62,056 nt of DNA from Planctomycetota bacterium. GTDB taxonomy: Bacteria; Planctomycetota; UBA11346. The notes under the pieces were generated by a model that did not search any database, had not been told where the DNA came from, and saw only the letters and a list, made by a program, of their open reading frames with translations. Position 1 is the stretch's first letter; each line of letters starts with the position of its first letter. Shown one piece after another: positions 1 to 8,929 of this stretch. Location of the stretch: NCBI GenBank assembly GCA_044338255.1, contig JBIILZ010000006.1:1-62056 (forward strand). Reading direction: 5' to 3'. A program made the position numbers and the translations under genes.

Positions 1-126
1 GAACGGGGTCGACCCGTGCGCTGCCATCGCCCTGGCGCTGGCCGGGAGGCCGTGGTTGCCGAAGGTGCCGATGACGACAAAAGCCAAGTCTTCAAAGGAT
101 TATCGGAAGGCCGCCTGAGCTGTTAC
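1..126 (+). mobile_element. Right end of probable IS66-family (ISBst12-like) insertion sequence: transposase C-terminus plus terminal inverted repeat
   Basis: Frame 2..118 reads NGVDPCAAIALALAGRPWLP...*, like the C-terminal ALxGxPW(L/M)P of IS66/ISBst12 transposases. It is followed by CTGAGCTGTTAC (115-126), matching the TTAC end of IS66 elements. Truncated by the window edge. Confidence 0.65.
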
Positions 127-133
127 CGGATCT

Positions 134-1438
134 TTAGGAACGGTCGAAGCTCACCTGCGGATGGGCCGCCAGTTCATTGAGCAATCGCTCATCGCCGGCG
201 ATGGTCAACAGGACCTGATCGCCATCGAAGTCCTCGGCGTGGATCGCCGCCCGCGAACGGATGTGCGCATCCAAGGCTCCATCAGTTGCCGGATAGCGGA
301 TGGTGACCTTCTTGATCGCGCTCTGGATGACCTCGGCGATCATCGTCCGCAACTGGTCGAGGCCTTCGCCGCTGAGCGCGCTCACCGCCACGCTGTGCTT
401 ATGCCGGCGACGCACCGCCGAGAGCACCGTCTTGCTCGGACAGCAATCGACCTTGTTGAAGACCACCACCACCGGGATGTCGCCGGCGGCGATCGTGGAG
501 AGCACCGTGTCGACGGCACGCATCTGCTCTTCCATCACCGGACTGGCGCTGTCGACAACATGCAGCAGCAGGTCGGCCTCGCGGACTTCCGACAAGGTCG
601 CGTGGAAGCTGGCGATGAGGCTGTGCGGCAGATTGCGGATGAAGCCGACGGTATCCGAAAGCACAACGTTCTTGTGAGCCTCGATGTGCAGCCGCGCGGT
701 GCGCGTATCAAGCGTCGCGAAGAGCCGATTCTCAGCCAAGACGCCGGCATTGGTCAGAGCGTTCATCAACGTCGATTTGCCGGCATTGGTGTAGCCGACG
801 AGGGCAATGGTGAAGGCATCCTTGCGCGCCTTTACCGTACGATCGCTACGCTCGGCGATTTCATCGAGCTTGCCCTTGAGATCCTGGATGCGCTTCTTCA
901 GCTGCCGGCGATCCATCTCGATCTGCTTTTCGCCGGTGCCCGACAAGAAGCCCGAGCCCGAACCGGAATTGCCACCGACCGTCTGCCGGTCGAGATGGGT
1001 CCACATCCGCCGCAAGCGGCCCTTGGTGTATTCCATTTTCGCCAGCTCGACCGCGAGCATGGCTTGATGCGTCCGCGCATTGCCGGCGAAGATCTCGAGG
1101 ATCAGCTCGTCGTAGTCGAGCACGCGGACTGCCGTCTCCTCTTCGATGTTGCGCTGCTGACGCGGCGACAACTGGACATCGAAGACTACTTCTTTGGCAT
1201 CGTGACCGGCGAGGAGGGCCTTGATCTCGTCGATCTTGCCGCTGCCGATGTAGGTGCCGGCAACCGGCTTGGCGAGATGCTGGGCGATCGTCGCCACCAC
1301 CGTCCTGCCCGCGGTATCGAGGAGGCTGATCATTTCCTGGGTGCGGTCGGCCTCCAGCTCGCGCTCATGCGCGCAGCCGGCGATGACCAGCACCACAGGG
1401 ATGGTGGCGGAAATAGTAGGTTTGAGGACTGCCTTCAT
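134..1438 (-). CDS. hflX: Ribosome-splitting GTPase HflX
   Basis: GYTNAGKST, LFATLD, SDTVGFI, NKVD and SA G-motifs; N-terminal IGSGK..E and LSPRQQRN. Start set at ATG 1438. Confidence 0.95.
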   Translation of the reverse strand: MKAVLKPTISATIPVVLVIAGCAHERELEADRTQEMISLLDTAGRTVVATIAQHLAKPVAGTYIGSGKIDEIKALLAGHDAKEVVFDVQLSPRQQRNIEEETAVRVLDYDELILEIFAGNARTHQAMLAVELAKMEYTKGRLRRMWTHLDRQTVGGNSGSGSGFLSGTGEKQIEMDRRQLKKRIQDLKGKLDEIAERSDRTVKARKDAFTIALVGYTNAGKSTLMNALTNAGVLAENRLFATLDTRTARLHIEAHKNVVLSDTVGFIRNLPHSLIASFHATLSEVREADLLLHVVDSASPVMEEQMRAVDTVLSTIAAGDIPVVVVFNKVDCCPSKTVLSAVRRRHKHSVAVSALSGEGLDQLRTMIAEVIQSAIKKVTIRYPATDGALDAHIRSRAAIHAEDFDGDQVLLTIAGDERLLNELAAHPQVSFDRS

Positions 1439-1517
1439 GCGGTGGGTACATTGGAGCGCGGGGATGATCTGGGGCAACCTCCCAACTCCCTTCTTGCCGT
1501 GGCGCGTTCAGGTGCTC

Positions 1518-1580
1518 GACTGTGCCCCCCCAAGGACTGTGCCCTCCCAAGGACTGGTGCCCCACCAAGGACTGTGCCCC
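1518..1580 (+). repeat. Imperfect 17-18 bp tandem repeat, about 3.6 copies of GACTGTGCCC..CCAAG
   Basis: Units start at 1518, 1535, 1552 and 1570; the last partial copy abuts ATG 1581. Confidence 0.85.
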
Positions 1581-1880
1581 ATGAACGACTCGCCGAAGGT
1601 CATCCGCTTCCCTGGACTTGGCGGACGCAAGGCGGATATCGAACCAGCGGCGAAAACCGCGAAAGCCCCCGAAATCGGTGCCGACGGCCTGACCGACGAC
1701 CAACGCAAAGCGATCCAGGTGATCCTCAGCGGCATGACCTTCGTCCTCGTCGGCATCAAGCCCACCGAGCGGGGCGCCGATTTCTTCACTTCGGTGCACG
1801 GGGATGCCGGTGAATTACGCAATGCCCAGGAGCACCTCGACGGGGTCATCGCCCGCGCCTTCAGCAAAAAAGGCATCTGA
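1581..1880 (+). CDS. Hypothetical protein, 99 aa
   Basis: MNDSPKVIRFPG...; strong GC3 codon bias; fills the gap between hflX and the response regulator. Confidence 0.75.
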   Translation: MNDSPKVIRFPGLGGRKADIEPAAKTAKAPEIGADGLTDDQRKAIQVILSGMTFVLVGIKPTERGADFFTSVHGDAGELRNAQEHLDGVIARAFSKKGI

Positions 1881-1915
1881 GGCCAAGAATCTCAGCCCCC
1901 GGCCGGACTAGCCGT

Positions 1916-2842
1916 CTACGACGGCAAATCGTTCACCGAACGGTAATAGCCCGAGGCCTCGGCGCGTTCGCGGGTCAGGTACTTGATGGCCACGACGCGA
2001 TTGCCGCGGGCATTGTAGACGACCTTGTCCATGAGGTGACGGATGAGGTGGATGCCGTAGCCGCCCATGCGCTTGCCGCTGGAACGACGTTGATCGATGT
2101 GGCCCAGGGGATCCTGGCTCGGATCGGGCACCGCCACCGGGTCAAAGCCAGTGCCTTCGTCCTCGATATAGACGATGACCTTACCCGGCAGGATGCGGCA
2201 GCCGAAAGTCACCCTCTTCGACTTGTCGTTGCGGTTGCCCCATTCGATAGCGTTGCGACCGAGCTCCTCGAGGGCCAGACGGACTTCGCTGGCGGCCGGC
2301 TCGGGCATGCTGAATTTTTCCAGCAGACCGATGAATTTGCGATACTTGAAGAGCACCGAGGCATCAGTCTCGCCGCTGACCTCGAACCAGCCATGAGGAT
2401 CGAATTCGACATCCAGATGGGTGGTCAGCAACGGCATATGCTGCAGGGCATTGGTCGCCGACTGGACGAGATCATCTATGGTCACCGGCTTGACCAGATA
2501 ATCGCAGGCGCCCAGACGCAGGCAGCGGATGATGGTGTCATCCTGGCCGAGAGCAGTGAGCATGATCACTGCCGCTTGATACTGACGGCGATTCAATTCC
2601 GCGAGCAGGCCTTCGCCATCGAGACGAGGCATGATGATATCGCTGACGATGAGATGGAAGCCCTCGGGATTGGCCTCGATCTTGGCGATCGCATCCAGGC
2701 CATCCACCGCCGTCGTGACCTTGATCTGATCGCTGATTTCAGCGATGGTCTCGGCGGTGTGGCGGCGCAGCGCGGGCATGTCCTCGACCACCAGGACGCG
2801 GGCGATCTGCTCTGGACGGTAGTCAGGGATGAGCTTGGTCAT
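1916..2842 (-). CDS. Response regulator receiver fused to RsbW-like anti-sigma/Ser kinase (HATPase_c_2) domain
   Basis: REC motifs VLVVED, IVSDIIMPRLDG, MLTA, LVKP; C-terminal EELGRNAIEWGN, EDEGTGFDP, GGYGIHLIRHLMD. ATGA overlap with the upstream kinase. Confidence 0.88.
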   Translation of the reverse strand: MTKLIPDYRPEQIARVLVVEDMPALRRHTAETIAEISDQIKVTTAVDGLDAIAKIEANPEGFHLIVSDIIMPRLDGEGLLAELNRRQYQAAVIMLTALGQDDTIIRCLRLGACDYLVKPVTIDDLVQSATNALQHMPLLTTHLDVEFDPHGWFEVSGETDASVLFKYRKFIGLLEKFSMPEPAASEVRLALEELGRNAIEWGNRNDKSKRVTFGCRILPGKVIVYIEDEGTGFDPVAVPDPSQDPLGHIDQRRSSGKRMGGYGIHLIRHLMDKVVYNARGNRVVAIKYLTRERAEASGYYRSVNDLPS

Positions 2843-3699
2843 GCGGATATCGCTTCCGAGATGAGTTCGGCTTGATGCGGGATGCGGACTCGGAATGAAC
2901 AGCCGCATCCGTGCGAGCCATCGACCAAGGCGACCGAGCCGCCATGCAAATCGACGATCGCCTTGACGATCGCCAGGCCCAGCCCCACGCCTTCGCCACG
3001 GGCGGCGGCCAGTCCACGGTGGGCAAAGGGCAGGAAGATGCGCGCCCGATCGGCTTCCGGAATCCCGGGGCCGGTATCGCTGATGGTGAAACGCGTTTCC
3101 TCTTCATCGGCGTCGATGGTCACCGCCACATGTCCCCCTTTGGGCGTGAATTTGCGGGCATTGTCCACGAGGTTGATCAGCACCTGGAGGATGCGCCGAC
3201 GATCGAGGTTGGCCATCTTGCCGGCCAGCGACGCATCCGATTGCCAGCCCACCTGCAGGCCGGCCTGGCGCAGCACCGGCTCGGTCGCTGCGCGCAGATC
3301 CGCGACCAACTCGGTCAAGGCGATCGGACTACGGCGGATCGCCATCTGCCGGGCATCGAGGGTCGAGAGATCGAGGAGGTCGTTGATCAGCGCCAACAGC
3401 TGGTGGCCATTGCGATTGATGGCCTGGATGAAGTCCTGATGGCGCTTGTTCACCTTACCGCCCTCGCCGGTGAGGATCAGGTCGCTGAAGCCGATGATGC
3501 TCGACAGCGGCGTGCGCAGATCATGGCTGATGCGGGCGAGGAACTCGGTGCGCTGATGATCGATCTCCAGCAGGTGCTGTTTCTCATGTTCGAGACGCTC
3601 CTTTTCAGCCAACAATTGCACATTGGCTTGGAGGACATCGAGCGTGAGGGAATCGGGCGTTGGATTAAGCACGGGCAAGCATCGCAGTGGGGTGAACAT
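2839..3699 (-). CDS. Soluble sensor histidine kinase (HisKA + HATPase_c)
   Basis: H box ISHDLRTPL, N box NLVDNARKFT, DTGPGI, GVGLGLAI. Start uncertain. Confidence 0.9.
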   Translation of the reverse strand: MFTPLRCLPVLNPTPDSLTLDVLQANVQLLAEKERLEHEKQHLLEIDHQRTEFLARISHDLRTPLSSIIGFSDLILTGEGGKVNKRHQDFIQAINRNGHQLLALINDLLDLSTLDARQMAIRRSPIALTELVADLRAATEPVLRQAGLQVGWQSDASLAGKMANLDRRRILQVLINLVDNARKFTPKGGHVAVTIDADEEETRFTISDTGPGIPEADRARIFLPFAHRGLAAARGEGVGLGLAIVKAIVDLHGGSVALVDGSHGCGCSFRVRIPHQAELISEAISA

Positions 3700-3891
3700 A
3701 CACCGGTAATGGTGTCTTGCGCAATCCCGGTTCTGTTCGCTAAATTGCCGTGTTACGACGGTAGTCCAGCGCCGGAATCAGCAGAGAAACTCGACTTCCC
3801 GCGCACTTGAAGCATTTGCACCGCTTGCACTGCCGGACGCTGCCGAACGGGTTCATCAAGGGCGGCAACGTACGCGTTAGTGGGTTGACGT

Positions 3892-4836
3892 TCAGCCGAG
3901 CGGCGGCGGGACGGGCGCGCGCACCAACGCCCGCGGGTGGAAGCGGCGATGGATCTCGACCAGGCGCTTGCCATCGACATGCGTGTAGCGCTGGGTGGTG
4001 GTGAGATTGGCGTGGCCCAGCAATTCCTGAACCGCCCTCAGATCAGCGCCATTCTGCAGCAGGTGCGTGGCGAAGCTGTGACGCAGCAGATGGGTATACA
4101 CCGGTCGTCCGAGGCCGGCCAATTCCGCGGTCTGCCTGACGATCGACCACAGCACTTGGCGCGACAGGGGCAGTCCGCGAGCCGACAGCAGCAGGGCGTC
4201 CTGACGCGGTGAACGCAACAACGTCGGACGCAATTCAACGAGGTAGCGCTTGAGGTAATAGCGCGCCTTGTCGCCGATCGGGACCATGCGTTCCTTGCGG
4301 CCCTTGCCCTGCAGACGCACCAGCGCCCGGCCTTCCTTGAAGTCACCGACGCCGATGGCGCAGACTTCAGAGGCCCGCCCGCCACAGGCATAAAGCAGTT
4401 CGAGGGCCAAGCGGTCGCGCAGCCGCAGCGGGCCATCGCCGACCGACTCCAGCAGCAGTTCGACTTCGGCCGGCGAGAGTACCTCGGGCAGCTCGTTCCA
4501 GATGTGCGGCAGCGGGGCCAAGGCCACCCGGTCGCGTTCGAGCCGGCGCTCAAGCACCAGCCAGCGCACGAACATGCGCAAGGCGACGAGGGTCCGCGCG
4601 AGACTCGCCGGGGCATTGTCGCGCTCATCGCGCAACCACCCCAGTATCCGTCCGACCTCATCCGGGCCGACCGTGGCGATGGTCAGCCCCAAGGCGGTGA
4701 AGGCCGCATGGACTTTGGTCAGATCATGGTTGTAGCTGGTCAGGGTATTGGACGAGAGCCCGAGTTCGAGCCGGCAATACGCCAGGAAGCCGGCGACGTC
4801 AGCGTTCACCGCTGGTATTTTCCCAGGCTTGGGCAT
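3892..4836 (-). CDS. xerD: Site-specific tyrosine recombinase XerD
   Basis: GLSSNTLTSYNHDL N-terminus; LELLYACGGRASE, GKGRKERMVP, HLLRHSFATHLL, VQELLGHANLTTTQRYTHV; C-terminal FHPRA. Confidence 0.85.
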   Translation of the reverse strand: MPKPGKIPAVNADVAGFLAYCRLELGLSSNTLTSYNHDLTKVHAAFTALGLTIATVGPDEVGRILGWLRDERDNAPASLARTLVALRMFVRWLVLERRLERDRVALAPLPHIWNELPEVLSPAEVELLLESVGDGPLRLRDRLALELLYACGGRASEVCAIGVGDFKEGRALVRLQGKGRKERMVPIGDKARYYLKRYLVELRPTLLRSPRQDALLLSARGLPLSRQVLWSIVRQTAELAGLGRPVYTHLLRHSFATHLLQNGADLRAVQELLGHANLTTTQRYTHVDGKRLVEIHRRFHPRALVRAPVPPPLG

Positions 4837-4845
4837 GCCTGCAGC

Positions 4846-5688
4846 GTGCGACGTTTCCGCCTCCATGCCATCACCGCGCTGCTCGCCGCCAGCCTCCTGC
4901 TCAGCGGCTGCGTGTGGCTGCGCCTACTTGACCTTAAGAATCAATTTGCCGATTTCGATCGCTTCATCGACGTCCCTCCCGGATCGGGCATCGAACTGCG
5001 CTTCCGCCATCCGCTGCTGTTCGCCGAGGATCTCGACACCTTGATCCGCGCCCAACCGACGGCGACGGCGACCTCCGGCAGCGGCGCCGAGACGCTCACC
5101 GTGCGCAGCTATGCCTTCACGCACGTGCCGGCCGCCGATGCCGATCCCGCCAGCGCCGAAACCATCCTCGTGCTCACCGCCGGCATCGTGCACGGGAAGC
5201 TGACCTTCGTCGACCTGCCAGAGGAGATCTTCCGCGTCCTGCCGCGCGAGCTGGTGCTGCGTGCGATGCGTTCGCTGGGCCGGGCGACCATCGATCGCAC
5301 GACGCGCAGCGCCGCCAGCACCGTCGATCTGCATGACCTGGCGACACCGCTGCCCACCGGCGCCGCCCTGGTGGCGCTCTTCGGCCAGCCCAACCAACTG
5401 GCCCTGCACGACGGGAAGATCCGCGCCCTGTGGCGCTATCGCCTGGAAGGGACTTCGCTGCGCGACGACCATCAGCCGGTGGTGGCGGCGATGGCCTTTT
5501 CCTTCCTCCCCGGTCCCCGGCCGTTCACCGAACAGACACCGCTACGCTTCCAGGTCAACGTCAGCGGGATGTGGCTGTACCTGAACCTTCCGCCCCAGTC
5601 CCAACCTTCTCCTGCACCAGCGCCGCTTGCAGCTCCTCAGCCGCCTCGAGCAGACGCGGCCCCGGATCTTCCAGCAGGTCCCCGGTGA
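4846..5688 (+). CDS. Hypothetical lipoprotein
   Basis: GTG 4846, basic N-terminus, hydrophobic stretch and lipobox LLSG-C; coding-like codon use. Confidence 0.7.
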   Translation: MRRFRLHAITALLAASLLLSGCVWLRLLDLKNQFADFDRFIDVPPGSGIELRFRHPLLFAEDLDTLIRAQPTATATSGSGAETLTVRSYAFTHVPAADADPASAETILVLTAGIVHGKLTFVDLPEEIFRVLPRELVLRAMRSLGRATIDRTTRSAASTVDLHDLATPLPTGAALVALFGQPNQLALHDGKIRALWRYRLEGTSLRDDHQPVVAAMAFSFLPGPRPFTEQTPLRFQVNVSGMWLYLNLPPQSQPSPAPAPLAAPQPPRADAAPDLPAGPR

Positions 5689-6481
5689 TCTCCAGATAAC
5701 GCGTGTGCGTCAAGGCCGCGAGCCCGGTGAGGCGGCGCAGGCCGTCGGCCATGCCGCGCTTGGTGACGATGATCTCGGGGTTGAGGGTCAACAGCTGCTC
5801 GACGCTGTACTGCGGCCAACCGGCATAAGCGGTGGCCGCTATATCCTCGCAGCCGGCGGCTTCGAGCACCTCATGGTAACTGGTGCCGATGGTACCGCCG
5901 AACAGCGTCCCCGAGAAAGCCCCGACGTAGATCGCCTTCGGCCGCACGCCGACATGCGCCGCGCGCAGACGAGCAAGGCGTTCATGCAAGCGCTGCCCCA
6001 TCAGCCGGGCCTCGTCACCGCGTCCGAGCAGGGTTCCGATGCGCGCCAGGTCCTTGGTATACGTTGTCAGACCGCGCATCGGGCCGAGGGTCTCGACGCG
6101 CACGCCGGCGGCGCGCAGACGGGCGATGCGCTCTCCTTCAGTGCCGCCGCTGCCGTCAGCGGTGGCGGTGCTCACTAGCGCCAGATCGGGGTGCAGGGCG
6201 ATGATCGCCTCCAGATCGTCGAGTCCGGACAGACGCGGCTTGGCGCTCCACTGCCGGGCCACCGGCCCCGTGCACCAGGCGCTGACCGCGACCACCCGCG
6301 GAGGCTCGCAGAGCTCGGCCAAGGCCGCATCCGCGACCAGACCAAGACTGACGATGCGTTGGAAGCCGAGCTCCGGTATGGCTACCGGCAGCGGTGGCTG
6401 GCGGACGCCGGCGCCGGCCACCGCCACCACCGTCAAAACCAGTGCGAGCAGCAGTGCTCCGAGATTGAGCGAGGTGCTCAT
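5561..6481 (-). CDS. ABC transporter substrate-binding protein, BtuF-like (cobalamin/siderophore class)
   Basis: Signal peptide, RIVSL, DLEAIIALHPDL, SVEQLLTLNPEII, PGPRL; coupled to the ABC ATPase; next to cob genes. Confidence 0.8.
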   Translation of the reverse strand: MSTSLNLGALLLALVLTVVAVAGAGVRQPPLPVAIPELGFQRIVSLGLVADAALAELCEPPRVVAVSAWCTGPVARQWSAKPRLSGLDDLEAIIALHPDLALVSTATADGSGGTEGERIARLRAAGVRVETLGPMRGLTTYTKDLARIGTLLGRGDEARLMGQRLHERLARLRAAHVGVRPKAIYVGAFSGTLFGGTIGTSYHEVLEAAGCEDIAATAYAGWPQYSVEQLLTLNPEIIVTKRGMADGLRRLTGLAALTHTRYLEITGDLLEDPGPRLLEAAEELQAALVQEKVGTGAEGSGTATSR

Positions 6482-7230
6482 GCCGTCGCGCTCACGAAGC
6501 CGAGCGCCCCGCCGACCACCGGCGTGACCCCAAAGACCGCGCGCAGATGCGCCGAGGTAAAAACCTCGGCCACCGTCCCGCGCGCATGCACGAATCCTTG
6601 ATGGAGCAGGATCACCTGGGTGGCGATGCGCGCGACCTGTTCAAGATCATGGAGCACGACCACGATCGCCTTGCCATCGTCCGCCAGGGAGCGCAACAGG
6701 GCCAGGGAATCCAGCGCATGACCAATGTCGAGGGCCGCGGTCGGCTCATCGAGCAGGACCACCGGCGCCTCGGTGGCCAGGGCCCGCGCCAGCAGCACGC
6801 GCTGCTGCTCGCCCACCGACAACTGCGAAAACGGCCGGGCGGCGAATTCGCTCGCCGCGCAACGCTGCAGCGCGCGCTCGATCGCCTGCGCATCCACGCC
6901 TGAGAGTCGCGCCAGATCGCCATGATGGGCGAAGCGCCCCAAGGCCACGACATTGCGCACGTCCATCTCCGCCGCCAGCTGACTACGTTGGGGGACGTAG
7001 GCGAGACTGCGTGCGCGCTGACGGGGCGTCATATCGGCCACTGACTGCCCGCCGACGCGTACCGTCCCGCGATGCGGGATGAGCCCCAGGGCGGCCTTGA
7101 GTGCCGTCGACTTGCCGGCGCCATTGGGGCCGACGATAGCCACGATCTCGCCGGCGGCGGCGGTCAACGACAGGTCGGCGAGCACCGTCAGCGGCCCACG
7201 GTGCACGGTGAGTTGGGAGATCGTCAGCAT
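6478..7230 (-). CDS. ABC transporter ATP-binding protein, BtuD/FecE-like
   Basis: GPNGAGKS, YVPQ, LSVGEQQRVLLARAL, LLDEPTAALD, VLHD. Confidence 0.9.
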   Translation of the reverse strand: MLTISQLTVHRGPLTVLADLSLTAAAGEIVAIVGPNGAGKSTALKAALGLIPHRGTVRVGGQSVADMTPRQRARSLAYVPQRSQLAAEMDVRNVVALGRFAHHGDLARLSGVDAQAIERALQRCAASEFAARPFSQLSVGEQQRVLLARALATEAPVVLLDEPTAALDIGHALDSLALLRSLADDGKAIVVVLHDLEQVARIATQVILLHQGFVHARGTVAEVFTSAHLRAVFGVTPVVGGALGFVSATA

Positions 7231-7319
7231 CGGCGCATATGAGAGCCTTCAGCAGCGCCAAGGCGAGAAGAAAGAACGAGTCGGATTGCCCCGCCGCCGG
7301 CCATGGACAGGCTGTGCGC

Positions 7320-7871
7320 ATGCCTACGTCACATCTGGTACTCGGCGGCGCGCGCTCGGGAAAGTCTCGCCATGCCGCCGAGTGGGTGCTCGCCCACCCT
7401 GGGCCGCACACCTACCTGGCCACTGCCCACCACGAGCCCAGCGACCCGGAGATGCACGCACGCATCGCACATCATCGCCAGGATCGCGCCCACCAGGGCT
7501 GGCTAACCGTCGAAGAACCCCTGGACATCATGCAACTGGTCCGCGATGCGGTCCTCGGCGCGGTGCTCATCGACTGCGCCACGCTGTGGCTGACTAACCT
7601 CGCGCTCAAGCACGCCTGGGATGAAAGAGCGGTGCTCGCCGAGGTCGACCTGCTGTGCGCCGTGCTCGCGTATCCGTCCGTGGATATCGCCGTGGTCAGC
7701 AATGAAGTCGGTCACGGCATCGTCCCCGTCAGCGAACAGGGACGCGCCTTCCGCGACCTGCAGGGCTTCGCCAATCAGCGCCTGGCGGCGGCCTGCGCGC
7801 ACGTCACCTTACTCGTCGCCGGCCTCCCCCTGTCGCTGAAACCGCGCTCGCGGCTCGCACATCACCGATGA
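7320..7871 (+). CDS. cobU: Adenosylcobinamide kinase / cobinamide-phosphate guanylyltransferase
   Basis: LGGARSGKS, EMHARIAHH, TVEEP, IDCATLWLTN, VSNEVGHGIVP, FRD. Confidence 0.95.
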   Translation: MPTSHLVLGGARSGKSRHAAEWVLAHPGPHTYLATAHHEPSDPEMHARIAHHRQDRAHQGWLTVEEPLDIMQLVRDAVLGAVLIDCATLWLTNLALKHAWDERAVLAEVDLLCAVLAYPSVDIAVVSNEVGHGIVPVSEQGRAFRDLQGFANQRLAAACAHVTLLVAGLPLSLKPRSRLAHHR

Positions 7872-8929
7872 TCCCCTTGCCCTCAGACGCCGCCCGCGCC
7901 GCCGCCGCCGCCCGCCAGCTGGAGTTGACCAAGCCCCCCGGCGCGCTCGGTCGCCTGGAAGACCTGTCCCTGACCCTGGCGGCGATCCAGGATCGCGCGC
8001 TGCCGCGCTGCGAACGAGCGCTAGTGCTGGTCGCCGCCGCCGATCACGGGGTCTGCGCCCAGGGCGTCAGCGCCTTTCCCAGCGCCGTCACCGCCCAGAT
8101 GTGCGTGAACTTCTGCGCCGGGGGCGCGGCGATCAATGTCCTCGCCCGCCACGCCCAGGCCAAGGTCGAGGTCCTCGATGTCGGCGTCGCCGGCGATCTG
8201 CCGGCGCTGCCGGGCCTGATCGCCGCCAAGGTCGCTCGCGGCACGGCCGATTTCACCACCGCACCGGCGATGACCCTCGCCCAGGTCCGGGCGGCGATGG
8301 CCGCCGGGGCCGCCCGCGCCACCGTCCATGCCGCGACCTGCGATGCTCTGGTCCTGGGCGAGATGGGCATCGGCAATACCACGTCCGCCGCCGCCCTGAC
8401 GGCGGCCTTCACGGGTCAGGCGGCGAGCGCGATCTGCGGGCGCGGCACCGGCATCGATGACGCCGGTTTGGCGCGAAAAATCGCTGCTGTCAGCGCCGGC
8501 TTGGCGCGGCATCGGAACTGCCTCGGCGATCCACTGATGACCCTGGCGGCACTCGGCGGCCTGGAGATCGCGGCCCTCGCCGGAGCCGCCTTGCGGGCGG
8601 CGGAACTGCGCCTGGCGATCGTCGTCGATGGCTACATCAGCACCGCCGCCGTGCTCGCGGCGGCGGCCATCGACCCGCGTCTGCGGCCCTACCTGATCTT
8701 CGCCCATCGCGGGGCCGAGCCCGGTCATCAGTTGGCCTTGGCCCACCTCCAGGCCCAGCCGCTGCTCGATCTCGAACTGCGTCTCGGCGAAGGCAGCGGC
8801 GGAGTCCTAGCCCTGCACTTGTTGCGCGCCGCTTGTCAAACCCTCGCCGAGATGGCGACCTTCAGCGAGGCCGCAGTCTCAGGAAAACTGCTCGCGGAAG
8901 CTGCTCATGGAAGCGCATGCGTAGCCTGA
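7868..8929 (+). CDS. cobT: Nicotinate-nucleotide--dimethylbenzimidazole phosphoribosyltransferase
   Basis: LTKPPGALGRLE, AADHGV, GEMGIGNTT, GRGTG, RLGEGSG, EMATF. Confidence 0.95.
   Translation: MIPLPSDAARAAAAARQLELTKPPGALGRLEDLSLTLAAIQDRALPRCERALVLVAAADHGVCAQGVSAFPSAVTAQMCVNFCAGGAAINVLARHAQAKVEVLDVGVAGDLPALPGLIAAKVARGTADFTTAPAMTLAQVRAAMAAGAARATVHAATCDALVLGEMGIGNTTSAAALTAAFTGQAASAICGRGTGIDDAGLARKIAAVSAGLARHRNCLGDPLMTLAALGGLEIAALAGAALRAAELRLAIVVDGYISTAAVLAAAAIDPRLRPYLIFAHRGAEPGHQLALAHLQAQPLLDLELRLGEGSGGVLALHLLRAACQTLAEMATFSEAAVSGKLLAEAAHGSACVA

Noticed and set aside
161-1813. Long antisense ORFs (also 15357-17051, 23360-24961, 28483-30114, 43859-45721, 49000-50640)
   Set aside because: Shadow frames of real genes, expected in high-GC DNA; no motifs.
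3892-4836. Prophage or island integrase
   Set aside because: Motifs fit housekeeping XerD; no att site, tRNA or phage genes nearby.
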